Shown: positions 1-11,629, numbered from the stretch's first letter. The stretch: DNA of 24,572 nt from Octopus sinensis (GCF_006345805.1 NW_021836366.1:1-24572), one strand, 5' to 3'. Program-made: numbers and translations. The notes: a model not told the origin generated them from the sequence alone.

Positions 1-356
1 GAAAGGCAGAATGAGAGAAAGCAGTAGAGAAGAATGAAAGAAAGAGTGGGAAAAGCTGGAGAGTAAGATAGGAAGTTGAAAAGCAAAGGAGAAATACAGA
101 AAGGTAGAAAGCAAGGGAGAGAGAGATAGAAAGGGAAAGAAAGAAAGAAAACAAGAGAATAGAAAAAAAAAAGTAGACAGCTACAGAGAAAGCAGGGCAG
201 AAAACATGAGAAGAAAGGTGAACTGAGAGAGAGAGAGAGGGGGAGAGAGAAAGAGAGAGAGAGAGAATGAAAATAAGTAGGAAGAATATGAGAGTACTTG
301 AGAAACATATTTGCAGCCATTCATGACAAGATTATTATTGTTATTATTATTATTAT

Positions 357-387
<31 letters not shown>

Positions 388-389
388 CA

Positions 390-432
<43 letters not shown>

Positions 433-445
433 CGTAGTAGTGGCT
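1..445 (+). repeat. GA-rich low-complexity tract followed by (TAT)n and (AGT)n microsatellites
   Basis: Read directly from the sequence; the source of the poly-T/N and poly-V ORFs. Confidence 0.95.
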
Positions 446-873
446 GAAATGGGAAAGATAGTAGTGTCTCTTACTATGGTACTATACCAGTAACTGTAAT
501 GGTGCTAGTCCCTTCACAGTAAATTTGGTGCCACCAACTTCAATGATCACACGATTTATTGGAATACTAACTGACCTAACTTGACTTCTAATATTGATTG
601 CTGAGAGAGATAGAGAAAAAGAGATAGAGAGAGAGAAAGAAAAAGAGAGAGAGGTAGAGTGTGTATCATGGTATCTTCAGATTGACTGGAAGGGAGTAAG
701 AGGAAGTCAGGAAATCTCACCCAACGAAATACAATAAAACAGATTCTGTGATGTTTTTTGTGCAGCTAAGTGAAACTTCATTTCATTTGGTAGATGCGTG
801 ACATAAATGTCCCATCAATGACCATCTCTCATTGTATTTTTAAGCATCTTAGACTACATTATCTAATCTGTGC

Positions 874-965
874 TAAGGTGGTGAGTAGGTAGAGCTGTTA
901 CTGAATTGGACAAAATGCTTTGCCTCCAGCCCTTTATGTAGGGCTGGGTTAAGACCCATTGAGGC
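874..965 (+). mobile_element. Degenerate SINE head fragment
   Basis: AAGGTGGTGAGTAGGTAGAGCTGTTA...GGACAAAATGCTT resembles an abundant octopus SINE head that I recall; heavily diverged. Confidence 0.4.
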
Positions 966-1309
966 CCTAAGCACTTAGAAGATTTTAGAGCCACCATAAA
1001 AAATTATGTAATTCAAAATATAAACAATAACACACCATAAAATAAATTTTTATTTTTCAAAATGAAACAAAACAGTAGGAGGGAAAATAATGCTTATTTT
1101 TGTATACTTCCACATTATTTATATTTGAAAAGTTTCCTTCTACTGTTTTGAATTGCAAAGTCTTTGATCAGATCTTAGGTAACACATCTGCATCTATACT
1201 TAGTAGAGATAAAGGCATCCCAAATATTATTTTAGCAAGTTGAAAATGATTTCTTTTGTGCCATAAACCATTTACCATTTCTGTGGTTCCCCTTCCTTCC
1301 CTTGATGTC

Positions 1310-1440
1310 CTAAGCACGTGCTCATTTTACTTAATGGTTAGTCCAGTACTGCTTTATGTTCAGAGCTCAAATGCCAGCAAGGTGGACTTTGCCTTCCATC
1401 CTTCCAGGGTGGACAAAATAAGCACCAGCCAAACACTGGT
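1310..1440 (+). mobile_element. Degenerate SINE central domain
   Basis: GGTGGACTTTGCCTTCCATCCTTCCAGGGTGGACAAAATAAGCACCAG resembles a common metazoan SINE central domain that I recall (GTCGACTTTGCCTTTCATCCTTTCGGGGTCGATAAAATAAGTACCAG-like). Confidence 0.55.
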
Positions 1441-1524
1441 AATATTGTAATTGACTTCCTCACCTACTAAAATGCTGACTTCATACCAAACTTAGGAAGG
1501 ATTATTTATCTCTTATGTGTTTAA

Positions 1525-1860
1525 GTCATTAGGCTGTGGCCATGCTGAAGCACTACCTTGAAGAATTTCTAGCTGAATGAATTGACCCCAGGACTAATTT
1601 TATTTTTAAGCCTGATACTTATTCTATTGGTTTATCTTGCCAAACCACTAAGTTATGAGGACATAAACATACCAACACCGGTTGTCAAATAGCAGTGGTG
1701 GACAAACAACACACACACATGACAGGCTTCTTTCAGTTTCCTTCTACCAAATCCACTCACAAGGCTTGGGCAAGTAAAAGACACTTTCACAAGGTGTCAT
1801 GCAGTGGGACTGAACTTGGAACCATGTGGTTGAAAAGCAAGCTTCTTGCCACAGAGCCAA
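1525..1860 (-). mobile_element. SINE family A, diverged copy
   Basis: Reverse-complement similarity to 9937-10310 (CTACCAAATCCACTCACAAGGC, GCAGTGGGACTGAAC, ACCATGTGGTTG). Confidence 0.8.
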
Positions 1861-2208
1861 ACCATTTTTTCTTTGTTTTTGTGATTTTATATAGTTTGGC
1901 TATAATTTTAACAGGTTCAGTGATCAAACACAAGGACTTCTTGGACTTGAAAGCTTAGTGGGTGCTGGAAACTGTACAATCACAAGTGTATAAGTCAAGA
2001 AGCTGTAGGAAGGAGGTTCCAATCACAATGAAACACTTGACAACATTTTATTACCCTTTGGAGATGACGATATTTTCTTACATTTTCACATCGTCTTTTT
2101 TACATTTTAAATTTATAAACTGGGTGGAAGTTAGATTCAGGGGAAATACACGAAGGTTTTGAGAAAGAAACCTCTCTTTTTGAAATAGTTCTCTTTAACC
2201 TTGTTATC

Positions 2209-2239
<31 letters not shown>

Positions 2240-2257
2240 TGTGTGTGTGTGTGTGTA

Positions 2258-2300
<43 letters not shown>

Positions 2301-2427
2301 AAAGGTTATATTAAAACCTGAAGTATTTAATTCTAGTATCCTGAAATGAAGTGTATCATGATCTTGGAGAGATAAACTAAATTGTGTCATCTCACAAGAA
2401 ACACAGAGGATTTGAACTCTTGATCTA

Positions 2428-3003
2428 CATGTTGTCATTGACCAATACCATACACATTTAGCAACTTTTATCTTTGTTGTAACAACACTTTCTAAAAAAA
2501 GGCTTCAGATCTAGTGTTTAGACATGTTGTCACTGACCAATACCTTATCCATTTAGCAACTTTTATCATTACTAACAGAATCACCCGACATTGCTTGGGT
2601 TTGTTTCGACCTTTAGAATTGGAATTTTTGAAAAGTAAAAATTTTGCATTATGTAGCTTGTTATTCTCTTGAAGTGAACATTTTCTGGTTGAAATGCACC
2701 GAAAAATGGCGACACAGCAGTCAAAAAATCGTAAAAAATACGGATTTTCATAGAAAAAAGCACCTTTTTGATGTAAATAATTTTTGGTCTTAACATGGTC
2801 CAATTTGAATTTTATCTTCAACAGAATGAAGAGCAAGCCTTCTTCTATCATACTCTCAATTTTGGTCAACTTGCGTCACAGGGTCTTGGAGGAGATAGTG
2901 TTAGTTGAAGGCTACCAAACCTGCCACACACAGACAATTTCAGCTTTATATATATAGATTATAACAACACTTTCTAAACAGGCCTCAGATCTGGTGTTTA
3001 GAC
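2428..3003 (+). repeat. 95 bp tandem duplication (second unit interrupted by 2571-2959)
   Basis: CATGTTGTCA(T/C)TGACCAATACC...CATTTAGCAACTTTTATC at 2428 and 2523; TAACAACACTTTCTAAA...CAGATCT(A/G)GTGTTTAGAC at about 2480 and 2962. Confidence 0.88.
2571..2959 (+). mobile_element. Non-autonomous Helitron/Helentron-like element (DINE-1/Lep1-style termini)
   Basis: It starts ACTAACAGAATCACCCGACATTGCTTGGGT, with a subterminal hairpin, and ends CACACAGACAATTTCAGCTTTATATATATAGAT. It sits between two T residues without a target-site duplication and splits the second unit of a 95 bp tandem duplication. Confidence 0.62.
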
Positions 3004-3205
3004 AACATGAGATCTGAATAATTTACAAAATGTCACCACTTGGAAAAATACCTACTAAAATTTTCAAAATTTACACAGAATTTAACTGTCAGACATCACC
3101 CACATGATTTTAATGAACTCAGTGTTTTCTCTTCATTTTACATTTCCATCCTATGTCTACATCATAGAACTATCTAAACATACATGCAAATACAAGTAGC
3201 ATATA

Positions 3206-3241
<36 letters not shown>

Positions 3242-3394
3242 CATACACTATATACTCACACAAACACACATATACTATGTACTCACACAAAAACACATAT
3301 ACACACACTCGTAGATAGATATATAACAGATATTTATGTATATATGCTTGTATAGACATATTTACATATATATAAAATATTTACACATACAAAC

Positions 3395-3464
<70 letters not shown>

Positions 3465-3511
3465 AGATATATATATATATATACACACACACATATATAT
3501 ACATATATATA

Positions 3512-3542
<31 letters not shown>

Positions 3543-3721
3543 CATAACATAGTTCTTTATGATGACTTACTAGATCCCTTTCTGTTTCATTCTCTCTCTA
3601 TGTATATTTACATATATATATATATTGCATAATATATGTACTTAATATATATGAATGTATTATGCAAAATGAGAAACAGAAATATATACACAAACATACA
3701 AACATATGTGAATATATAATT

Positions 3722-4131
3722 CTTTTACTTGATTCAGTAATTTGACTATGGCCATGCTGGAGCACCACCTTTAGTTAAAAAAACCAACCTCAGGTCTTAT
3801 TCTTTGTAAGCCTCGAACTTATTCTATTAATTTCTTTTACCAAATCGCTAAGTTACAGGGATGTAAATACACCAACGTCGATTGTCAAGCAATGGTGGGG
3901 GTACAAACACAGACATATATATATATATATATATATGTATTTGTACCCCCACCATTATATATATATATAAAAAGCTTCTTTCAGTTTCCATTAACCAAAT
4001 CCACTCACAACGCTTTGGTGAGCTCGAGGCAGTAGCAGACAACATTTCCCCAAGGTGCCATGTAGTGGAACTGAACCCGGAACCATGTGGTTGGAATGCA
4101 AGCTTCTTACCACACACCCATTCCTGTGCCT
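3722..4131 (-). mobile_element. SINE family A copy
   Basis: GGCCATGCTGGAGCACCACC...ACCAAATCCACTCAC...GAACCCGGAACCATGTGGTTGG, the reverse complement of 9937-10310. Confidence 0.82.
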
Positions 4132-4472
4132 TAATATATATATATGTATATATATAAACACAGTATTATATAAATCATTCACAATATACCATATACATTA
4201 TATATCATATAAATATAAAACATGTCACACTAGATATATGTTGCATATAAATTACATGCCTCTATGTGTATATATACGTAACATAAATTCCTTGCTTATT
4301 AAAATTAATTCTGTCTCTGGAGGATATGACACAATTGCAAACAGACACCAGCTGCATATGAGGAAGGGAGACAATCTTGAGAATTCTCAAAGATGACATA
4401 CTTTAACGAATGACAGGTTCATTGTTTGCAAATAAGAGTATAGTTGTGGACAGGTGTCCCTGTTATAACTGT

Positions 4473-4785
4473 CATCATCATTATCATCATCGTTTAACGT
4501 CCGTTTTCCACGCTAGCACGGGTTGGACGGTTCGACCGGGGTCTGGGAGCCAGGGCTGCTCCAGGCTCCAGTCTGATCTGGCAGTGTTTCTACAGCTGGA
4601 TGCCCTTCCTAACGCCAACCACTCCGCGAGTGTAGTGGGTGCTTTTTTACTGCCACCTGCACAGGGTCACGAGGGGCCAAGGGGGTCTGGCATCGGCCAC
4701 GATCAGTTGTGCTTTTTTTTTTTCTTTTTTTTTTTTTGTGCTACCGGCACAGAAGCCATTTCAAGGCGGTGCTGGCATCGGTCAT
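4473..4785 (-). mobile_element. Retroposon (SINE or LINE 3' end, family B) with (TGA)n tail
   Basis: (CAT)n followed by CGTTTAACGTCCGTTTTCCACGCTAGCACGGGTTGGACGG...GGATGCCCTTCCTAACGCCAACCACTCCG; near-identical to 7427-7600. Confidence 0.8.
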
Positions 4786-5463
4786 GAATATGAAAATTAT
4801 CCTACCCTAGCTCCTGGAAACACGGAACATAAGATAAAAACTGAAGAAATTCACAGGAATTGAACAAAAATGAGCTAAGAGAAACAACGTTTATGGAAAA
4901 CTGAAAAATACAGGTATATCAAATAGGATACAGTATGAATTCATGATTGATTGAAATAATCGCTGCCTCCAGAGGAGGTACCCAATTAATAAGTAGCAAT
5001 TAAAACTAGCTGCATATGGGAAAGGAAGATAATCTCAGGAATAAAGAATTCTCCAGAATTAACATACTAAATAAGCCTTTCACTTTCTTTAAGGGAAACA
5101 GGTATACACAGACAAATATATGCATACACATACACACACACATATATATATAATACACACACACACAAATATACAATACTATGTATACATATATACAAAT
5201 AAATGCATTTACAAACATACATACATGTAGTATAAACACACAGATTATATATATATTTATATATATAATATATATATATATATAATATATCTATATATAT
5301 ATCATGCATACATACCTAGCTGCATATAGTGTGTGGTTATGTATATACATATATATATATACAAGAGAGAGAGAAAGAGGAAGACATACAATTTTATGCA
5401 TCCATACCTATATATACACATATGTATGTATACAGGTATTAATATATAGATATACATTTTCAA

Positions 5464-5507
<44 letters not shown>

Positions 5508-5619
5508 TTTGGCAATGTGCAAAACTCTTCGACGTTGAATCACTATTACAAACATCTCCTTGTTTTTTTCTGTGTATCTCTGTCGAAGAGCGTAGGCTCG
5601 AAACGTAAAAGACACACAA

Positions 5620-5663
5620 ACATATATATACACACACATACATATATATATATACATACATGC

Positions 5664-5702
<39 letters not shown>

Positions 5703-6502
5703 TACATATATATATACACACACACACACATACATTATATATATATACATATATATATATATACACATATATACATATATATATATATACACATATATAC
5801 ATATATATATATATACACATATATATATATACACATATATACATATATATATATATACACACATATATACATATATATATATACACACAAATATACATAT
5901 ATATATATACACACATATATACATATATATATATACACACATATATACATATATATATATACACACATATACATATATATATATACACACATATATACAT
6001 ATATATATACACACACATATGTATACTATATATATAACATATATCTACATATATATATACATATATCTACATATATATATAATATAACACATATATCTAC
6101 ATATATATATATACAACATATAATCTACATATATATGATATACACATATACTACATATATAATATATACACATATCTACATATATATATACACATATATC
6201 TACATATATATATATACACATATATCTACATATATATATACACATATATCTACATATATATATATACACATATATATATACACATATATATATATATATA
6301 TACACATATATATATATATAATATACACATATATAAATATATATACACACATATATATATATATATACCAATATTATATATTACACATATATATATATAC
6401 ACATATATATATATACACATATATATATAATACACACATATATATATATATATACACATATATATATATATATACACATATATATATATATATATATAAC
6501 AC

Positions 6503-6535
<33 letters not shown>

Positions 6536-6972
6536 TTATATAATATATACACACATAATATATATATATAAACACACATATATATATAATACACATATAT
6601 ATATATATATACACACATATATATATATATATACACACCATATATATATATATACACACATTATAATATATATATACAAACACACATATATATATATACA
6701 CATATATATATATATATATACACATATATATATATATATATACACATATATATAGATATATACCACATTATATCTATATATATACACACATATATATATA
6801 TATATACACACATATATATATATACACACACATATATATATATATACACATATATATATATATATATACACATATATATATACACATATATATATACACA
6901 TATATATATAAACACATATATATATATACACACATATATATATATATTATATATATATATATTATATATATA
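5620..6972. repeat. Very long compound (TA)n/(CA) microsatellite, about 1.35 kb
   Basis: An almost continuous run of ATATATATACACATAT-type units; the source of the spurious YI/HT ORFs. Confidence 0.97.
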
Positions 6973-7293
6973 TATAAAATATTAGAAAAACCCACGTTTT
7001 ATCAATTCAAAATGAATAATCAAATTACACCATCTAGAAAATTACATATATAGAAACGTTAAAATTAAAACAACAATTAAAAAGTAAAGATTAAGTAAAT
7101 TACAAAAATAATATAACGTATATAATAAGTAGATATATATTATATACATTATATTATTTTTGTAATTTACTTAATCATTACTTTTCAATTGTTATTTTAA
7201 TTTTAATTTTTCTATTATATGTAATTTTCTAGATGGTGTAATTTAATTATTCATTTTGAATTGATAAAAGGTGTTTTTTTCTAATATTTTATA
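6973..7293. repeat. Long AT-rich inverted repeat (arms about 150 bp)
   Basis: For example CAAATTACACCATCTAGAAAATTACAT pairs with ATGTAATTTTCTAGATGGTGTAATTT, and GATTAAGTAAATTACAAAAATAATATAA pairs with TTATATTATTTTTGTAATTTACTTAATC. The left end abuts the large (TA)n tract. Confidence 0.92.
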
Positions 7294-7426
7294 CATATAT
7301 TATATTGCGTGGAATTTGATTTAGTATTTCTAAATTGAATTCTTTTTCCTTGTAAGTTTGGATTTTATTCCCCAAATAATGACACATACGTGTATATACA
7401 TACACATATATACATACATAATATAT

Positions 7427-9265
7427 CATCATCATCATCATCATCATCATTTAGCGTCCGTTTTCCATGCTAGCATGGGTTGGACGGTTCAACTGGGGTC
7501 TGGGGAGCCGAAGGCTGCACCAGGCCAGTCAGATCTGCAGTGTTTCTACAGCTGGATGCCCTCCTAACGCCAACCACTCCGAGAGTGTAGTGGGTGATTT
7601 TATGTGCCACCACCGACACAGGTGCCAGACGAGGCTGGCGAACGGCCACGCTCGGATGGTGTTTTTATGTGCCACCGACACAGGTGCCAGACGAGGCTGG
7701 CAGACGGCCACGCTCGGATGGTGTTTTTATGTGCCACCGACACAGGTGCCAGATGAGGCTGGCAGGTGCCAGACGAGGCTGGCAGACGGCCACGCTCGGA
7801 TGTGGTTTTTATGTGCCACCCGACACAGGTGCCAGATGAGGCTGGCGGACGGCCACGATCGGATGGTGTTTGTTACGTCCCCAAAGCACGGAGGCCAGTC
7901 TATGCGGTACTGGCTACGGCCACGTTCGGATGATTTTCTTGTGTGCCCCGGCACTGGTACCACAAAGATACAAATTCCATTTATGTTCATCTATTTTGAT
8001 TTGTTTTGATTGATTTGATTTTCACTTCCTCAACAGGTCTTCACAGTGTCACTTGCCTCCAGGGTCTTCACAAGTGTCACAAAAGAAGGTATGCACAGGT
8101 GACTGTCTACGTCGCCGGGTCTTCGGATGGTGGTCTTTATGTGCCACCGACACAGGTGCCAGATGTGGCTGGCGAACGGCCACGATCGGATGGTTTTCTT
8201 GTGTGCCACCGGTACTGGAACCACAAAGATACAAATTCCATTGATGTTCATCTATTTGATTTGGTTTGATTTTCACTTGCCTCAACAGGTCTTCACAAGT
8301 GTCACGCGTGTCACACAACTTGCCTCAACAGGTCTCCACAAGTTCACACACTTGCCTCTGCCTCAACAGGTCTTCACAAAGTGTCACCAATTGCCTCTGC
8401 CTCAACAGGTCTTTCACAAGTGTCATAAGAGGGAAGGTATGCACAGGTGACTGACTACGTCGCCGGGTCTTTGGATGGTGTTTTTATGTTGCCACCGACA
8501 CAGGTGCCAGGTGAGGCTGGCGACGGCCACGATCAGATGGTGTTTTTTTGTGCCCACAGCACGGAGGCCAGTCGATGCGGTACCACTAGCTAACGGCCAC
8601 TTCGGATGTTTTTTGTGTGCCACCACCGTACTACTGGAACCACAAAGATACAAATTCCATTGATATTCATCTATTTTGATTTGGTTTGATTTGATTTTGA
8701 TTTGATTTTCACTTCACTGCCTCAACAGGTCTTCACAAGTGTCACACACTTGCCTCAACAGGTCTTCACAAGTGTCATAAGAGGGAAGGTATGCACAGGT
8801 GGACTGACTACGTCGCCGGGTCTTCGGATGGTGTCTTTATGTGCCAACCGGCACAGGTGCCAGATGAGGCTGGCGAACGGCCACGATCGGATGGTGTTTG
8901 TTGTGCCCCTTCGGATGGTTTTCTTGTGTGCCACCGGTACTGGAACCACAAAGATACAAATTCCATTGATATTCATCTATTTTGATTTGGTTTGATTTGA
9001 TTTTGATTTGATTTTCACTTGCCTCAACAGGTCTTCACAAGTGTCACACACTTGCCTCAACAGGTCTTCACAAGTGTCATAAGAGGGGTATGCACAGGTG
9101 ACTGACTACGTCGCCGGGTCTTCGGATGGTGTCTTTATGTGCCACCGGCACAGGTGCCAGATGAGGCTGGCGAACGGCCACGATCGGATGCCAGATGAGG
9201 CTGGCGAACGGCCACGATCGGATGGTGTTTGTTGTGCCCACAGCACGGAGGCCAGTCGATGCGGT
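7427..9265 (-). repeat. Family B retroposon whose internal segments are amplified into a nested higher-order tandem array
   Basis: (CAT)8 tail at 7427-7450. Subunits of about 60 bp (GATGGTGTTTTTATGTGCCACCGACACAGGTGCCAGA...) and about 30 bp (TTGCCTCAACAGGTCTTCACAAGTGTCAC) recur. The anchor CCACAAAGATACAAATTCCAT recurs at about 7960, 8221, 8640 and 8946. Confidence 0.88.
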
Positions 9266-9674
9266 ATATATATGTATGTATATATGTGTATGTATATACA
9301 TGTATGTATATACATACATATATATATGTACACATATATATATATATACATATGCATATATACATATATATATGTGTATATATATATATATGCGTATATA
9401 CATATATATATATATATGTATATATACATATCTATATATGTGTATATATACAGCAGGAGGTGCAGATGGGGGCAGCTGCATCAAACTCTCTCATGCACCA
9501 AATGTCAATTGCTAAAAAGCATTCGTGAAGTAAAATCATGTAGCAACACCGAATGGCCATGCCCCAGCATGGCCACAACTCGTGCGCTGAAACTAGATAA
9601 AATTGAAAAAAATATATATATGTATGTATGTATGCATGTATGTATGTATGTATCTGTGTGTGTGCACCTTTATT

Positions 9675-9854
9675 TCTCTGTTTGTCCCCAACACCATCAC
9701 GACAACTGATGTTGGTTTGTTTATGCCCCTGTAACTTAGCGGTTCTTCAAAAGACTTGACAGAATGAGTACCAGGCTTACAAAGAGTAAGTACTAGGGTC
9801 GATTTCTTCGACTAAAAGCAGTGCTCCAGGATGGCCACAGTCAAGTAAAAGAGT
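9675..9854 (+). mobile_element. SINE family A, 3' half
   Basis: TGTTTGTCCCC...GTAACTTAGCGGTTC...GGTCGATTTCTTCGACTAAA...AAGTAAAAGAGT, matching 10120-10310. Confidence 0.78.
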
Positions 9855-9936
9855 GAAAGAATATAATACACACACACACACACATAAATATAACCTGCAG
9901 ATGTATATATCAGTGTGCATAAATATATATACATAT

Positions 9937-10310
9937 AGGAGTGGCTGTGTGGTAAGTAGCTTGCTAACCAACCACATGGTTCCGGGTTCAGTCCCACTGC
10001 GTGGCATCTTGGGCAAGTGTCTTTGCTATAGCCCCAGGCCGACCAATGCCTTGTGAGTGGATTTGGTAGACGGAAACTGTATATATATATATATATGTGT
10101 GTGTGGGTTTGTGTGTCTGTGTTTGTCCCCCTAGCATTGCTTGACAACCGATGCTGGTGTGTTTACGTCCCCGTCACTTAGCATTTCGGCAAAAGAGACC
10201 GATAGAATAAGTACTGGGCTTACAAAGAATAAGTCCCCGAGGTCGATTTGATCGACTAAAGCGGTGCTCTAGCATGGCGCAGTCAAAAGACTGAAACAAG
10301 TAAAAGAGTA
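9937..10310 (+). mobile_element. tRNA-related octopus-type SINE (family A) with an internal TA/TG microsatellite
   Basis: The head has A-box-like TGGCTGTGTGG and B-box-like GGTTCAGTCCC. An internal (TA)n(TG)n follows, then a 3' part ending GACTGAAACAAGTAAAAGAGTA. Homologous copies occur elsewhere in the window. Confidence 0.85.
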
Positions 10311-10336
10311 TATCTATATATATATATATATATATA

Positions 10337-10386
<50 letters not shown>

Positions 10387-10677
10387 ATAGTGGATAGAGT
10401 GAATCAAGCAATTGGTTTGTCCCAATGGTAGAAGACTTGTTTGGCTTTATAAAGATATTGGTTGGTGAACCAAGGACAGTTTTTTGTCTTTTACTGTCCA
10501 AAGTGTATTTTAAATGAATATTTACATATTATTATTATAGTTTCATGTGCTTTGAGACTTACCATCCAAGAAAGGATTATTCTATGTATATATATAACAT
10601 ATATATAATATGCACATACACAAACGCATATCATATGTTTATATATATGTATATATATATATACACACACCACATCA

Positions 10678-10708
<31 letters not shown>

Positions 10709-10732
10709 TATATATATATATACACTGCAGTA

Positions 10733-10840
10733 CCATGACCGATCAGGCTATCAACTGTTGCTACACATCGCTGGTCACAATGCGCTTCACATTGTTTTAG
10801 CCTTCAAATGACACCAACCTGCCGGCTAAGCGAGCAGGGC
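10733..10840 (-). mobile_element. 3' fragment of the same SINE family as 10922-11218
   Basis: Shares TACACATCGCTGGTCACAATGCG...GGCTAAGCGAGCAGG with 10960-11036. Confidence 0.8.
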
Positions 10841-10894
10841 AATACATATTCACACGTGTGTGTGTGTGTGTATATATGCGTGTATGTATGTATG

Positions 10895-10921
<27 letters not shown>

Positions 10922-10928
<7 letters not shown>

Positions 10929-11218
10929 ATCACGTGACCGACCAGACCATCATATTTTGTTACACATCGCTGGTCACAATGCGTTTGCATTGTTTTTTAG
11001 CCTTCGATGACGCCACCCTCTGGCTAAGCGAGCAGGCCACAGAAGAAAGAGTGGTGAAAGAGTACAGCAGGGATCACCACCCCCCTGCCGGAGCCTCGTG
11101 GAGCTTTTAGTTGTTTTCGCTCAATAGACACTCACACAACGCCCGGGTCTGGGAATCGAAACCGCGATCCTGTGACCGCGAGTCCGCTGCCCTAACCACT
11201 AGGCCATTGCGCCTCCAC
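10922..11218 (-). mobile_element. tRNA-derived SINE, near full length
   Basis: The minus-strand head GTGGAGGCGCAATGGCCTAGTGGTTAGGGCAGCGGACTCGCGGTCACAGGATCGCGGTTTCGATTCCC has a Pol III A box (11196-11206) and B box (11152-11163). About 220 bp of non-tRNA body follows. Confidence 0.85.
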
Positions 11219-11243
11219 ATATATATATGTATATATATATATA

Positions 11244-11367
11244 TACCGGAGTAAACACATAAATGTGAAACAAGGTGGAAAAAAGAGTACTCAAATACCA
11301 GTGGTAGAGTAATATGCTTTATTTAAAGCAGCAGAAATTCAACAAAACCTGTTACTCTGAGTTTCCC
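11244..11367 (-). mobile_element. (TA)n-embedded repeat family D, carrying a hammerhead 3' half; probable Penelope-like terminus
   Basis: The first 68 bp are identical to 20813-20880. The minus strand at 11367-11348 reads GG-GAAA-CTCAGAG-TA-ACAGG. Confidence 0.6.
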
Positions 11368-11586
11368 ATACATATATATATATACTATATATACATATAT
11401 ATATAATAATAAATATTAGGGAATAAATCCAAATTTACAGGGAAAAAAAATCAGATTTAGGTTAAATCCAATTTTATAGTAAATATTATAAAATATTATT
11501 AGAGACAAAACCACTATTTTGCAAAACAACAAGGAAAGACTTAATCAATACATAAAATTTTAATAAATAGTCAAAAAAAAACACCG

Positions 11587-11629
11587 CCACTACAATCGTT
11601 TCTTGTCTTGATCGACAATCTTCAGGTGG
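11587..11629 (-). ncRNA. Type I hammerhead ribozyme motif, inverted copy (sense to the tomosyn pre-mRNA)
   Basis: Reverse complement of 11687-11729, located in the left arm of the palindrome. Confidence 0.83.

Noticed and set aside
2492-2869. 125 aa and 71 aa minus-strand ORFs
   Set aside because: They lie within the non-autonomous Helentron-like element, with no Rep/helicase or other recognisable motifs.
481-5100. Search for tomosyn exon 3 in the unique-looking segments (also 15780-16280)
   Set aside because: No segment translated to the expected G.PGV...QL.FL.NE motif or showed a U12 branch site by eye. A tblastn search would be decisive.
5304-6755. 483 aa ORF and the many overlapping YI/HT/CV-rich ORFs
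   Set aside because: They are translations of (TA)n/(CA)n microsatellite, which lacks stops in several frames; there is no protein-like complexity.
9006-9035. Minus-strand CTGTTGA-GGCAAGT-GAAA in the array units as a possible hammerhead
   Set aside because: The essential A6 is absent, there is no stem II pairing, and no stem III or cleavage triplet follows.
7467-9103. ORFs in the GC-rich array, and a CRISPR-like look of the recurring 30 bp unit TTGCCTCAACAGGTCTTCACAAGTGTCAC
   Set aside because: The context is a eukaryotic intron, there are no unique spacers of regular length and no cas genes, and the units are tandem pieces of a retroposon.
11140-11218. Possible tRNA gene on the minus strand
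   Set aside because: It has A and B boxes but no convincing acceptor stem or terminator, and it continues into a repeated SINE body.
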